Assembly (NCBI GenBank): GCA_015257795.3
Contig: CP072208.2
Location: 120,001-152,000 of the forward strand
DNA: 32,000 nt
Source: Candidatus Nanogingivalaceae bacterium
GTDB taxonomy: Bacteria; Patescibacteriota; Saccharimonadia; Saccharimonadales; Saccharimonadaceae
Reading direction: 5' to 3'
Shown one piece after another: positions 1-9,454 of this stretch. A program made the position numbers and the translations under genes. The notes under the pieces are model-generated. The model searched no databases. It was not told the DNA's origin and saw nothing but the letters and a program-made list of their open reading frames with translations. Within the stretch, counting starts at the first letter, position 1; each line of letters begins with the position of its first letter.

Positions 1-411
1 TTTCAATTAGACGATAAATTTTTTGAAGGAATTGGCATTGAACGAATGTCGCCAGAAGAAGCAGCGGTGTTTAAGCAACACGTTCAAGAAGAACTCGAAG
101 CTCGAATCGGTGAACGGATTATGGATGGTTTTTCAAGTGAAAAACTTGAAGAATTTGAACAAATTATGGATGATGCTCCAGGGTTCGTTGACAATTGGCT
201 AAGACTAAACGTTCCAGACTTTCGAAATGACAAGACTTTTGCAGCGTTAGTTCAAAACAACAATGGTCAAGAGACTCGTCAAGTTATATCTGAATTTGCC
301 TCATTGAAGTGGCTTGAAATTAACCGCCCAGATTTCAATCAAATCAGTATGCTTGTAATTAAAGAAATGCAAGACGAACTTAAAGCAAATATCGATAAAA
401 TTTTTAGCTAA
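1..411 (+). CDS. Small helical conserved hypothetical protein, probably 5'-partial
   Basis: The reading frame is open from base 1 (FQLDDKFFEGIGIERMSPEE...), so the true start may lie just upstream of the window. The track ORF starts at the internal ATG at 46. The acidic helical pattern ...QEELEARIGERI...EEFEQIMDD resembles small proteins (possibly DUF5663-like) seen in Saccharibacteria and Actinobacteria; this is from memory, not verified. Confidence 0.55.
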   Translation, partial: FQLDDKFFEGIGIERMSPEEAAVFKQHVQEELEARIGERIMDGFSSEKLEEFEQIMDDAPGFVDNWLRLNVPDFRNDKTFAALVQNNNGQETRQVISEFASLKWLEINRPDFNQISMLVIKEMQDELKANIDKIFS

Positions 412-416
412 AATAT

Positions 417-446
417 AAAACCGCGCAGAAGAGCGTGGTTTTATTT
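417..446. terminator. Bidirectional hairpin terminator between convergent genes
   Basis: aaaaccgcgc (417-426) pairs with gcgtggtttt (433-442) around a 6-nt loop. A-run and T-run flanks allow function on either strand. Confidence 0.55.
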
Positions 447-1328
447 TAGATAGCCGTTTTCAAAGCTTTTAGCAGCGGTTTCTTTACCGTTTGGTGTGAT
501 TAGTCTTTCAATCTTTAAAAACGTTCCTTCGGCGAATTTTAACGTTAAAGGCGAATTTTCAGGGTTAGAACTAACTACTTTTGCGCTTTTAACGATTATT
601 AAATGCTCACCGAGCTTAATTTTACTTTTTGGAAAAATTTCGAAAGCACGAATTTGCTGTTCGGCTTGCTCTGCAGTTTGCTCATCTTGAGAAAGAAGGG
701 CGTCACTTTTTTTAAGAAGTTGGCAATATTCAGCTTGCGAATCATCTTGTTTTAGTCCTTTAATTTCACCAGAGATAATTTTTGGTAAATCCCGCACAAG
801 CATTTCGGCGCCGATTTCACCACAAGTTTTATAAAGATCGCTTGCGGTTTCGGTTTTCAAAAGCTCAATTTCTTCTTGTGAATAAACATCGCCTGCATCC
901 ATTTCTTTCGAAAGTTTCATTAGTGAAACGCCAGTTTTTTCATCACCGTTTAAAATTGCGCTTTCAATTGGGCTTGAACCGCGATATTTAGGCAAAAGTG
1001 AAGGGTGAACATTCACAATAGCGGGTGTGAATAAATCGATGATTTCTTGCGGAATAATCCGACCAAAAGAAACCAAAACTCCCGCAGGTTTTTCGAATTT
1101 TTTAACGAAGTCGGTAATTTCTGACATTTTTTGCGGTTGAAGTACTGGAATATTAAACTTTTCACCAATTTGCTTCACTTTTGGCGCTTGAAACTTTTGC
1201 CCGCGACCTTTTCGAGAGTCGGGTTTGGTGATAATTCCGGCAATTTCGAAGCCTTCATCAATAAGTTTTTGGAGTGAAACGGCCGAAAAATCTTCCGTTC
1301 CAAAAAAGATTATTGGAGTTTTTTTCAA
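441..1328 (-). CDS. fmt: Methionyl-tRNA formyltransferase
   Basis: N-terminal ...PIIFFGTEDFS, the formyltransferase core VNVHPSLLPKYRGSSPIESAILNGDEKTGVSLMKL, and a position directly downstream of def. I prefer the TTG start at 1328 (MKKTPIIFFGT), preceded by GGGAGGA, over the track's GTG at 1346, which has no SD. The start is uncertain by 18 nt. Confidence 0.93.
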   Translation of the reverse strand: MKKTPIIFFGTEDFSAVSLQKLIDEGFEIAGIITKPDSRKGRGQKFQAPKVKQIGEKFNIPVLQPQKMSEITDFVKKFEKPAGVLVSFGRIIPQEIIDLFTPAIVNVHPSLLPKYRGSSPIESAILNGDEKTGVSLMKLSKEMDAGDVYSQEEIELLKTETASDLYKTCGEIGAEMLVRDLPKIISGEIKGLKQDDSQAEYCQLLKKSDALLSQDEQTAEQAEQQIRAFEIFPKSKIKLGEHLIIVKSAKVVSSNPENSPLTLKFAEGTFLKIERLITPNGKETAAKSFENGYLK

Positions 1329-1330
1329 GA

Positions 1331-1912
1331 TTATAAATCCTCCCACAGATCAGAGTTGTTTTCGATATCTTTTTCGTAGTTTAATGGTTGTAATTCGCCA
1401 TCTTCGTCAAGTTGGTAGAAAGCGTCTTTTTTATCGCGAATATGATCAATGAAAAGAACGCCATTTGTGTGGTCGATTTCATGTTGAAGCACACGCGCAA
1501 GAAAATCTTCGGCTTTAATTCGAACTTCGTTGCCGTGAATATCAAGCGCTTTAACGCGAACTTTTGATGCGCGAGGAACTTTGCCGTAAATTCCTTTAAT
1601 CGAAAGACATCCTTCAAAATCAACATCTGTTTTTCCTTCGAATTTTGTAATTTCAGGATTGATTAAAGCGGTAAATTCTTTATTATTTTTATCGTCCAAA
1701 TCACTTCGAACAATAATAATTTTATAAAGTTTGTTAATTTGCGGTGCAGCAATTGCGGCCGAAATTTCGTGCGGGTGAGCATTTTCCCAGTCAAGGCTAG
1801 CATCAATCATATCTTGCACAATTTGGCGAACTTCATCTGTGATAACATGCACACGTTCGCATTTTTTGCGCAAATTTTGGTTAGGTAAGGTTATAATATC
1901 TTCTTTTTTCAT
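1331..1912 (-). CDS. def: Peptide deformylase
   Basis: The three PDF motifs are visible: GIAAPQI-like (AIAAPQINK), EGCLSIKG and QHEIDHTNG. Classical def-fmt operon order. Confidence 0.95.
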   Translation of the reverse strand: MKKEDIITLPNQNLRKKCERVHVITDEVRQIVQDMIDASLDWENAHPHEISAAIAAPQINKLYKIIIVRSDLDDKNNKEFTALINPEITKFEGKTDVDFEGCLSIKGIYGKVPRASKVRVKALDIHGNEVRIKAEDFLARVLQHEIDHTNGVLFIDHIRDKKDAFYQLDEDGELQPLNYEKDIENNSDLWEDL

Positions 1913-2056
1913 TGTTTTTATTATACCATTTTTAGGGTAAAAAAGCTACAAGATCATTGATTTCTAGGTTTGATTATGGTAAAATCTAATACTCGAAGAA
2001 AGTAGTCTCAAGGTTAACGAGCTATATAGCTCGTTTTTTAAAGAGAAAGGTTAATT

Positions 2057-2827
2057 TTGAATATATATAAATCTTATAAATATTGGGAAGTTCTGCATTT
2101 ATACGAACACATTATCGTGGATGAATTCTGGCGAAGAATGCATGAAGGAGGATGGGTTTACTTTGAGGACTATTCGGTTTTAGGTTTCACTTGGCCTAAT
2201 AGTGGGATTACTGAAATATCTTTAAAGTCGAAAAATGAAAATATATATTCGGAATTTGAAAAATTTATGGATCAAAACTTGCAGATTGAAGATTGGGAAA
2301 TTGAAAAATACGCTAATCAAATTTTTGCAGAAGAGCAATCTTGGCAATTTGATGATAATTTTAACTTGAGTAAAATTCGCAAAATGTTGAATGAAATTCA
2401 CGCTTCGAAATATTTTTTCGAAAAGCCAATTTTAAGATTTAAGCCTCACGAAACGAGCGCGTTTTCCTCGCAATATTTTTCGAAGCCGAGAAATCGGCGT
2501 GATATTTTGCGAATTTCGGTTGAATCTGAAAATGCTAAAACTCGAGATTTTTTGCTTGAAAATCTTTCGCGATTCATTGGTTTTAGCTTTGGTTTTTATC
2601 ACTTTAAAAATCGGGATTTCAAGAATTCTCGAACGGGATATTTTTCAATTGGAACTTATTCGCACCGCGATGTTTTACGTGATTTCGACGAGCTGATTTT
2701 GGATGAAATTTCAGATTTTTTGCGTGAAGATTTTTCGAAAACAGTAAAGAGTAAATATTTTGAAAAGTCGAAAGTTATAATTCATTTCAACCAGCGAAGA
2801 GAAACGCTAAATCTAGACATTTTTTAA
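2057..2827 (+). CDS. Hypothetical protein with an inverted-zincin-like HxxEH motif (possible degenerate M16-like domain)
   Basis: TTG start preceded by aagagaaagg. HLYEH lies at residues 14-18. About 75 residues downstream is EKYANQIFAEE, reminiscent of the M16 HxxEH...E arrangement. The N-terminus is much shorter than in real M16 peptidases. Confidence 0.5.
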   Translation: MNIYKSYKYWEVLHLYEHIIVDEFWRRMHEGGWVYFEDYSVLGFTWPNSGITEISLKSKNENIYSEFEKFMDQNLQIEDWEIEKYANQIFAEEQSWQFDDNFNLSKIRKMLNEIHASKYFFEKPILRFKPHETSAFSSQYFSKPRNRRDILRISVESENAKTRDFLLENLSRFIGFSFGFYHFKNRDFKNSRTGYFSIGTYSHRDVLRDFDELILDEISDFLREDFSKTVKSKYFEKSKVIIHFNQRRETLNLDIF

Positions 2828-2833
2828 AAACTC

Positions 2834-2863
2834 TTGACAACATACATATATGCACACTACAAT
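2834..2863 (+). promoter_or_regulatory. Sigma-70-like promoter for the 2917 and 3231 genes
   Basis: TTGACA (2834-2839), an 18-nt spacer and TACAAT (2858-2863), followed by the SD taggagg before the ATG at 2917. Confidence 0.55.
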
Positions 2864-2916
2864 TAGGAGTAGAAGTTTTGATTAGTGAATTTTGGTTGTT
2901 TTACTAGGAGGTAAAT

Positions 2917-3198
2917 ATGGACGAAATAACTACAAATATAGAAAAGGAGTTTAACATAGAGTTGGGCCCTGTAATAGATAGGTATTTTGACAGAGATATG
3001 CCCGATCAAAGTATATATTTTTTTGAAAAATATGCTTTAATCGTTACTGATTATTTTAGCGATGATGAAATAAAAACATTTTACCCGAAAAAAATATCGG
3101 AATATGGCAAAGAATTTAAAAGATATATAAAAACTAATAGTGGCGATATCGGAATTCTATCTTCTGACGGTTGGATTATTTTGGCGGAGATGGATTAA
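2917..3198 (+). CDS. Hypothetical small protein
   Basis: Good SD (ctaggaggtaaat) before the ATG. No recognisable motif. AT-rich. Confidence 0.55.
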   Translation: MDEITTNIEKEFNIELGPVIDRYFDRDMPDQSIYFFEKYALIVTDYFSDDEIKTFYPKKISEYGKEFKRYIKTNSGDIGILSSDGWIILAEMD

Positions 3199-3230
3199 CC
3201 TTTGCTCTTTAAAGTATAAGGAGTTATTTC

Positions 3231-3578
3231 ATGAAAGAAATTACAGATTTTTTAGATCTAATAAAACCAGAAAATGACAGGGAAATGTTTTCGGCGTTGA
3301 TTTATCTTGCGTTGATATTTTTCGAAACGGATAATTACGAAGGTATAGAATATCTTGCGAAAGATTATTACGGTCAATTGGTTTCTAAAGGGCGAGGTTT
3401 TTCTAATCCTGATAGTAAATTTTCGCCAAGCGTGGTGGAGTTTGGCGAATTAACTGGCTTTATGCTTGAAGATATTGAAAAGGTAAAATCTGGCAAAATA
3501 ACAAAAGATGAAGCAAGAAAAGCTAATTTAGATTATTTAAAGAATTACATTTTTAACACTTTGAAAAAAGACAATTAA
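3231..3578 (+). CDS. Hypothetical small protein
   Basis: SD taaggag 7 nt before the ATG. No recognisable motif. Its stop overlaps the priA stop on the opposite strand. Confidence 0.55.
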   Translation: MKEITDFLDLIKPENDREMFSALIYLALIFFETDNYEGIEYLAKDYYGQLVSKGRGFSNPDSKFSPSVVEFGELTGFMLEDIEKVKSGKITKDEARKANLDYLKNYIFNTLKKDN

Positions 3579-5539
3579 ATCAATCCTGGTGGGTCTAAGT
3601 CAACGCGCCACTGTGGCTTGCCTTGAAACTCGCGTGCAATCTCTAAAAGGGGCGCGCGTTTTTTGCTTTTAACTACAATTTGCCAACGATAAGTTTCGCC
3701 TACGCGCTCATAAAAAGCTGGCGTTGGACCAAAAATTTGTACATCTTTCGAAAATTTTTTGCGAATCTCGTGCGCTTCTTTCTGTGAATTTCGTACGGCT
3801 GAAATCTCGGTTTTATATACGCAGGTTAATTTTAACAGATATACAAAAGGTGGGTAGTTTTGTTTTTGGCGATTTTTAATTTCGAAATTATAAAATCCAG
3901 CGTAATCTTGATTTAAGCCAAATTGGATCGACGGAGCTTCAGGTTGATAAGTTTGAATAATTACATTTGATTCGCTAGAATGCCGCCCAACACGACCAAT
4001 CACTTGTGAAATTAACTGAAAATTTCGCTCGCTCGAAGTAAAATCAGGCAAAGCTAATCCCGCATCGGCCTGAACTACGCAAACGGTTTTTAATTTTGGT
4101 AAATCTAGACCTTTTGCAATAACTTGGGTGCCAATAATAATATCAATTTCACCGTTGCGAATTTCACTATAAAGCTTTTCGACGGTTTCATTTTTGTCAC
4201 TATCTGCATCGAAGCGTGCAACTTTTTTCTGCGGAAAGAGTTTTCGAATTTCTTCTTCGATTGCTTTTGTACCGATTCCTTTATGGATAATTTCTGCTTC
4301 ACCGCAATCTGGACAAGAAATTGGTGGGCGTTCTTTGTGCCCACAAATATGACATGACAATTGAAATTTATCGGCGTGTAAAGTTAGCGGAACAAAACAA
4401 TTTGGACAAAGTGCCATCCATCCGCAATTGTGGCAAAGTGTAATACTGGCCGAACCACGACGGTTGTGATAAATTAAAACCTGTTTATTTTCGCTTAAAG
4501 TTTGCTCCATTTCGGCGAGCATTTTTTTCGAAAAAAAGCGGTGGTTTTTCGAATCTTTTTTTGTTAAATCAACTAGTTCAATTTTTGCTGGTTGAGCTTC
4601 TTTTTTGGCGAGTTCGGTTAGTTTAATAATTTCGTTTCCGCCATTTTTTTCAGATAATTCGGCTAAGAAATAATCTTCAATTAGCGGTGTTGCAGAGCCA
4701 AAAATTGCTTTAAAATTAAAATTCGAAGCCAAAAAACTGCTTGCGCGTAAAGCAGAATATTTTGGTGTTTGATCTTGTTTGAAACTTGGCTCGTGACACT
4801 CATCAATTACAATTAGCCCCAAGTTTTTTACGGGCGCAAAAAGGGCAGAGCGTGCACCAATAATAACTTGCGGTTCGGGGTCGTTCAAAATTTTTAACCA
4901 AGTTTTGTGGCGTTCAGCTTCAGTTTGGTGTGAGTGAATGATTTTAATATTACTAAAATGTTTTTCGAAATTCAAAACTAGTTGTGAAGTTAATGCGATT
5001 TCGGGAACTAAAATTATTGCGGATTGCTGGTTGGCTAAAATTTTTTCGGTTTGATTTATATAAATTGAAGTTTTTCCCGATCCGGTAATTCCATGAAGAA
5101 GAACTGTTCCGGAGTGAATTTTATCAAGTTTTTTGATTGCGTTTTGTTGTTGGCTTGTGTATAAAAAATTTGAACAGCTCTCTTTTTCATCTGTTAATTT
5201 GATTTTTTCTTTTTTTGAAGAACGGCGATTCTTGCCTAAACCGGCTGGTAAAATTCCGCTCAAAACTTGCGAAAGAGGCGTCGCATAATATTGGCTCATC
5301 CATTTCGAAAGTTCAACTAAATGTTTTGGAATTGGCGTTTTTTCGACTATTTTTAGAATCTCGCGAGTTTCGAAATCTGGTTTTTCGACTTCTTTAAAAA
5401 CCACACCAAACATATTTTTTTTGCCAACAGGAATTTGTACAATTTGGCCGGTTTCGAGTTTTTCTTTTGAGGCATAAGTAAAAACTTCGCTATTAGTGCG
5501 AACAATTTTTAACGGTGCAACTTCAAAATAAAAATCCAT
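3575..5539 (-). CDS. priA: Primosomal protein N' (replication restart helicase PriA)
   Basis: Walker A GITGSGKT, DExH box IDECHE, a Cys-rich zinc-binding insertion (CHNCGW..CPNC..CHICG..CPDCG) and helicase motif VI QVIGRVGR. Confidence 0.95.
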   Translation of the reverse strand: MDFYFEVAPLKIVRTNSEVFTYASKEKLETGQIVQIPVGKKNMFGVVFKEVEKPDFETREILKIVEKTPIPKHLVELSKWMSQYYATPLSQVLSGILPAGLGKNRRSSKKEKIKLTDEKESCSNFLYTSQQQNAIKKLDKIHSGTVLLHGITGSGKTSIYINQTEKILANQQSAIILVPEIALTSQLVLNFEKHFSNIKIIHSHQTEAERHKTWLKILNDPEPQVIIGARSALFAPVKNLGLIVIDECHEPSFKQDQTPKYSALRASSFLASNFNFKAIFGSATPLIEDYFLAELSEKNGGNEIIKLTELAKKEAQPAKIELVDLTKKDSKNHRFFSKKMLAEMEQTLSENKQVLIYHNRRGSASITLCHNCGWMALCPNCFVPLTLHADKFQLSCHICGHKERPPISCPDCGEAEIIHKGIGTKAIEEEIRKLFPQKKVARFDADSDKNETVEKLYSEIRNGEIDIIIGTQVIAKGLDLPKLKTVCVVQADAGLALPDFTSSERNFQLISQVIGRVGRHSSESNVIIQTYQPEAPSIQFGLNQDYAGFYNFEIKNRQKQNYPPFVYLLKLTCVYKTEISAVRNSQKEAHEIRKKFSKDVQIFGPTPAFYERVGETYRWQIVVKSKKRAPLLEIAREFQGKPQWRVDLDPPGLI

Positions 5540-5638
5540 ATATCTTTATTTTACATCAAAAGGTTTAAAAAATAAAATAAATATAGCTTGCGAAAAAAGC
5601 TAAAATTTTGTAAAATAGAAATACGAAAAGGTGAGGAT

Positions 5639-5959
5639 ATGGTAGATTTAGATATTTTTATTACATCACGAGTTAAGCGAAAAATTGTCGTATTTTTTGT
5701 TACGTATCCAGTTATTAAAATGCACTCTCGTGGCCTTGCCAAACTTTTAAAAGAAGATCCAGGAAACATTCAACGCGAACTTGCCAAGCTTGAAAAAGCC
5801 GGATTTTTATTTAGGGAAAAGAAGAAAAATACCTATACTTATTTTGCGAATACGAATTTTTTGTTTTTCTCCGAATTGCAGTCTATCGTAGTGAAAGTTC
5901 GCGAGCAAAACAGTGTTGCGCGTTCAAACAATTATATCGAGAGGTCTGTTAAAAGATAG
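5639..5959 (+). CDS. Winged-helix transcriptional regulator (ArsR/MarR-like fold)
   Basis: ATG at 5639 with SD aaaggtgagg; the track's TTG at 5588 has no SD. The wHTH-like stretch is SRGLAKLLKEDPGNIQRELAKLEKAGFLFREKKKN. Divergent from priA. Confidence 0.65.
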   Translation: MVDLDIFITSRVKRKIVVFFVTYPVIKMHSRGLAKLLKEDPGNIQRELAKLEKAGFLFREKKKNTYTYFANTNFLFFSELQSIVVKVREQNSVARSNNYIERSVKR

Positions 5960-5968
5960 AGTTCGCGA

Positions 5969-7603
5969 ATGACGGTTGAACAAATTTTTGAGCAAATTTT
6001 AAAGAATCGTGGAATTTCAAAAGAGAATCGTGAAGCTTTTCTGAATCCGAATTATGATAACCAGCACGATCCTTTTTTGTTGCCGGATATGGAAAAAGCG
6101 GTTGAGCGATTACTTATTGCCCACAAAAAACAAGAAAAAATTACAGTTTATGGCGATTATGATGTTGATGGTGTTTCAGCTTCAACAGTGATTTTGGCAG
6201 CTTTCGAAAAATTCGGTTTTAAAAATGTGGATTATTTTTTGCCCGATCGTTTTAAAGATGGCTACGGAATGAACGAGCGTGGCGTGAGAGTTCTTGCGGA
6301 TCGAGGAACGAACTTAATTTTAACGGTTGACTGTGGAAGTTTAAATCACGCTGAAATTGATTTTGCAAAAGGTTTTGGAATCGATACAATCGTAACGGAT
6401 CACCATAACATTGCCGAAGTTCAACCAAATGCAGTTGCGGTTGTAAATCCGCGCAGAAAAGAAAACAAATATCCGCAGGCTGAAAATTTTGCCGGCGTTG
6501 GAGTGGCGTTTAAATTGGTTCAAGCGCTTCAAACCAAACTCGAGGGCTTTCCTGCTGGCCAAGAAAAGTGGCTACTTGACATGGTGGCGCTCGGCACCGT
6601 TTGCGATATTATGAAACAAACGGTCGAGAATCGCCAAAACACTTTTTGGGGGCTAAAAGTTCTTTCGAAAACACGCCGAGCTGGTTTGAAATCGATGCTT
6701 GCACTAGCTGGCGTGAAAGAGCCGAAAAGTTCAACGCTTGGCTTTATCATCGGCCCACGAATCAATTCGGCTGGTCGGCTTGAAACTGCCGAAAAGGCAT
6801 TAGATTTAATGCTCGAAAAAGACTCTTTTGTTGCTTTCGAAAAAGCCAAAAATCTCGATGATTTAAATAAAAAACGCCGTAAAATTCAACACGAAGCGCT
6901 CGAAATTGCAATTCAAAAAGCCGAAGATTTTAAAAATAATAAGGTTTTGGTTGTAGCTGATGAAAGTTTTAACGATGGAATTATTGGAATTGTGGCGAGC
7001 GGATTGCTTGAACGTTTTAAAAAACCAGTTTTTGTGATTTCGATTGAGGGCGATGTAGCAAAGGGTTCGGCGCGTAGTTTTGGTGATTTTTCGGCGAGTC
7101 AAGCAGTGCAAAATGCAAGCGAAATTATTATTAAAGGCGGTGGTCACGATGCGGCCGCGGGCGTAACTTTGCCAACTTTAAAAATTGATGATTTTCGAAA
7201 AAGCGTGAACGATTTTTACGATTCATTAAAATTAAAAAACCAGCTCGAAAAGCTTTTGCCAAAAGTGGATGTTCAGCTTGAAGATTTTTCGCCAATTTCA
7301 TTAGAACTTTTTGAGAAAATTTCGCTTCTTGAGCCTTTTGGAAATGGGAATGAAGAGCCAACTTTCGAAATTAAGAATGCTTGCGTAATTGCACGCCAAG
7401 AAATGGGCGATAAAAATCAGCATCTGAAAATAACTTTAAGTGATGGCGAGCGTGAAATCAAAATGTTAAAATTTAATGCACCAAAAGATTTTTTTGCCGA
7501 AATAGATGAAAAAGTTGACGTGATTTTTTCGCTAGGTTTAAATGAATGGCAGGGTCAAAAAAATGTTGAAGGTCAAATTTTGCATTTAAAGAGGAGGAAA
7601 TAA
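5969..7603 (+). CDS. recJ: Single-stranded-DNA-specific exonuclease RecJ
   Basis: DHH family motifs: YGDYDVDGVSAS, TVDCGS, IVTDHH and GGGHDAAAG (DHHA1). Confidence 0.95.
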   Translation: MTVEQIFEQILKNRGISKENREAFLNPNYDNQHDPFLLPDMEKAVERLLIAHKKQEKITVYGDYDVDGVSASTVILAAFEKFGFKNVDYFLPDRFKDGYGMNERGVRVLADRGTNLILTVDCGSLNHAEIDFAKGFGIDTIVTDHHNIAEVQPNAVAVVNPRRKENKYPQAENFAGVGVAFKLVQALQTKLEGFPAGQEKWLLDMVALGTVCDIMKQTVENRQNTFWGLKVLSKTRRAGLKSMLALAGVKEPKSSTLGFIIGPRINSAGRLETAEKALDLMLEKDSFVAFEKAKNLDDLNKKRRKIQHEALEIAIQKAEDFKNNKVLVVADESFNDGIIGIVASGLLERFKKPVFVISIEGDVAKGSARSFGDFSASQAVQNASEIIIKGGGHDAAAGVTLPTLKIDDFRKSVNDFYDSLKLKNQLEKLLPKVDVQLEDFSPISLELFEKISLLEPFGNGNEEPTFEIKNACVIARQEMGDKNQHLKITLSDGEREIKMLKFNAPKDFFAEIDEKVDVIFSLGLNEWQGQKNVEGQILHLKRRK

Positions 7604-8598
7604 TGAAAGTTTTATTATTTAGAGATGACGAAAAAATATTCGCAAAAAGTGGCGTTGGTCGCGCAATGAAGCACCAAGAAGCTGCGTTAAAATTAGCCGG
7701 CGTAGATTTTACTACCGACTCATCTGAAGATTTTGATATAATTCATCTAAATACTATTAATCCAAAGTCTTATTTATTGGCAAAAAAGGCTCGCAAGAAT
7801 GGTAAAAAAGTGGTTTTTCATGCACATTCCACTGAGGAGGATTTTCGAAATTCATTTGCGCTTTCGAATCTTGCGGCGCCAGCTTTTAAAAAGTGGCTCG
7901 TGAAGTGCTATAACACCGCTGATGTAATCTTAACGCCAACCGAATATTCGCGTGATTTGCTTTTGAAATATAATTTGAAAGCGCCAATTATCCCAATCTC
8001 GAACGGAATAGATCTTTCGCAATTTTCGAAAAATCCAGAAAAAATCAAAGCTTTTCGAGAGTATTTTAAACTCAAAAAAGATGAAAAAGTTGTGATTTCA
8101 GTGGGGCATTATTTTGAGCGAAAAGGTTTACCAGATTTTATGGCGGTGGCTCGTGATTTTCCAGAGGTAAAATTTATTTGGTTTGGTCACACGCCGGCTG
8201 CGGCGCTAACTGAACATGTAAAGAAAGCGATTCGAAAAAAACCTGAAAACGTAATTTTGCCGGGTTATATTTCGGGCGAAATTATTCAGGGTGCGTTTAT
8301 GAGTGCAGATATGTTCTTTTTCCCGAGCTACGAAGAAACTGAGGGGATTGTTGTTCTTGAGGCTTTGGCGGCGAAATGCCAGGTGCTAGTTCGAAATATT
8401 GGTGTGTATGATTCTTGGCTTTCGAAAAATGAAAATTGTTTTATGGGTAAAAACAACGAAGAATTTACAGAGGCGATTGAGAAATATTTGAGCGGTGAAG
8501 TTAATTCAACTGTTGAAAAAGGTTATGAAGTTGCAAAAAGTAAAAGCCTCGAAAAAATTGGTGCGCAACTTAAAAGAATCTATGAAGATTTGATCTAG
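7603..8598 (+). CDS. Glycosyltransferase, GT4/GT-B family
   Basis: The start overlaps the recJ stop (TAATG). The C-terminal GT-B motif FFFPSYEETEGIVVLEALAAKCQVLV matches the E-x7-E signature. Confidence 0.85.
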   Translation: MKVLLFRDDEKIFAKSGVGRAMKHQEAALKLAGVDFTTDSSEDFDIIHLNTINPKSYLLAKKARKNGKKVVFHAHSTEEDFRNSFALSNLAAPAFKKWLVKCYNTADVILTPTEYSRDLLLKYNLKAPIIPISNGIDLSQFSKNPEKIKAFREYFKLKKDEKVVISVGHYFERKGLPDFMAVARDFPEVKFIWFGHTPAAALTEHVKKAIRKKPENVILPGYISGEIIQGAFMSADMFFFPSYEETEGIVVLEALAAKCQVLVRNIGVYDSWLSKNENCFMGKNNEEFTEAIEKYLSGEVNSTVEKGYEVAKSKSLEKIGAQLKRIYEDLI

Positions 8599-8716
8599 GC
8601 TTTTATAAAAAAATTAATAAGATATTTAGTTTCTATTTTCGTAAAATCGTTCAAAATTGGGCGATTTTATTTTCTTCTTGCTTTTTTAGAAAAACTTTGG
8701 TAAAATAGTAATCAGT

Positions 8717-8935
8717 ATGAGTATTAGTGTAACAAGGAAAGACCAGAAAGAAGCTAACGAAAATATCATTCGTCGCTTTAATCGAAAAGTTCTACAAAGT
8801 GGAGTTTTGAGCGAAGCTAAAGCATCAATGCGATTTTCAAAGCCTCTAAGCAAGGTTGAACGACGCAAAAAAGCAATCGTTCGAAATCAACGCCGTGCTG
8901 AAAAAGCACAAAAAATGCGACTTGGTATTCGCTAA
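8717..8935 (+). CDS. rpsU: 30S ribosomal protein S21
   Basis: Small, basic protein: ...ENIIRRFNRKVLQSGVLSEAKASMRFSKPLSKVERRKKAIVRNQRR. Confidence 0.9.
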   Translation: MSISVTRKDQKEANENIIRRFNRKVLQSGVLSEAKASMRFSKPLSKVERRKKAIVRNQRRAEKAQKMRLGIR

Positions 8936-8987
8936 AAAACAGATAAATTCCAGTCGAGAGGCTGGATTTTATTTTTAAAGGAGGAAA

Positions 8988-9425
8988 ATGCTAAAAGAAC
9001 AAATTAACGCCGATTTAAAAACTGCAATGCTTGCGCGAAATGCTTTCGAAACTACAGTTTTGCGAGGTCTAAAAGCTTCAATTTTGGACGAAGAAGTAAA
9101 ACTTGGCAAGCGCGAAGAAGGTTTAAACAATGATGAAATTGAAACGCTAGTTGCGCGAGAAGTGAAAAAGCGCAAAGAAGCGGCCGGTTTATTAGATGAA
9201 GAACGTGCCGAAAATGAACTAAAAGAAGCCGAAATTCTTTCGAAATATTTGCCAGAAATGGCGAGCGAAGATGAAATTCGCGCAGCTGTAAAAGCTGAAA
9301 TTTCAGCAATGGGTGAAGCTTCGATCAAGCAAATGGGTGCAATTATTGGCAAAATGAAAGCAAAATTTGGTAATTCTGCCGATGGTGCTGTTTTGGCGAG
9401 AATCGTGAAAGAAGAATTGAATTAA
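8988..9425 (+). CDS. yqeY: GatB/YqeY domain protein
   Basis: L..DLKTAMLARN......LRGLKA.I and the C-terminal MGAIIGKMKAKFGNSADGAVLARIVKEEL. The rpsU-yqeY adjacency is common in Gram-positive bacteria. Confidence 0.85.
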   Translation: MLKEQINADLKTAMLARNAFETTVLRGLKASILDEEVKLGKREEGLNNDEIETLVAREVKKRKEAAGLLDEERAENELKEAEILSKYLPEMASEDEIRAAVKAEISAMGEASIKQMGAIIGKMKAKFGNSADGAVLARIVKEELN

Positions 9426-9430
9426 AATAA

Positions 9431-9454
9431 AAAAACGGCCAAAAGGTCGTTTTT
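9431..9454. terminator. Bidirectional terminator between yqeY and the convergent ORF
   Basis: aaaacggcc / ggtcgtttt stem around an aaaa loop, with A-run and T-run flanks. Confidence 0.55.

Noticed and set aside
5588-5638. Upstream TTG start for the winged-helix regulator
   Set aside because: It has no SD, and the added residues (MRKKLKFCKIEIRKGED) overlap the SD of the ATG at 5639.
8975-9352. 125-aa minus-strand ORF, with similar antisense ORFs at 6529-6849, 23678-23962, 25418-25627 and 26292-26627
   Set aside because: They lie fully inside well-supported genes on the other strand, have low-complexity or serine-rich translations and lack an SD. They are shadow ORFs.
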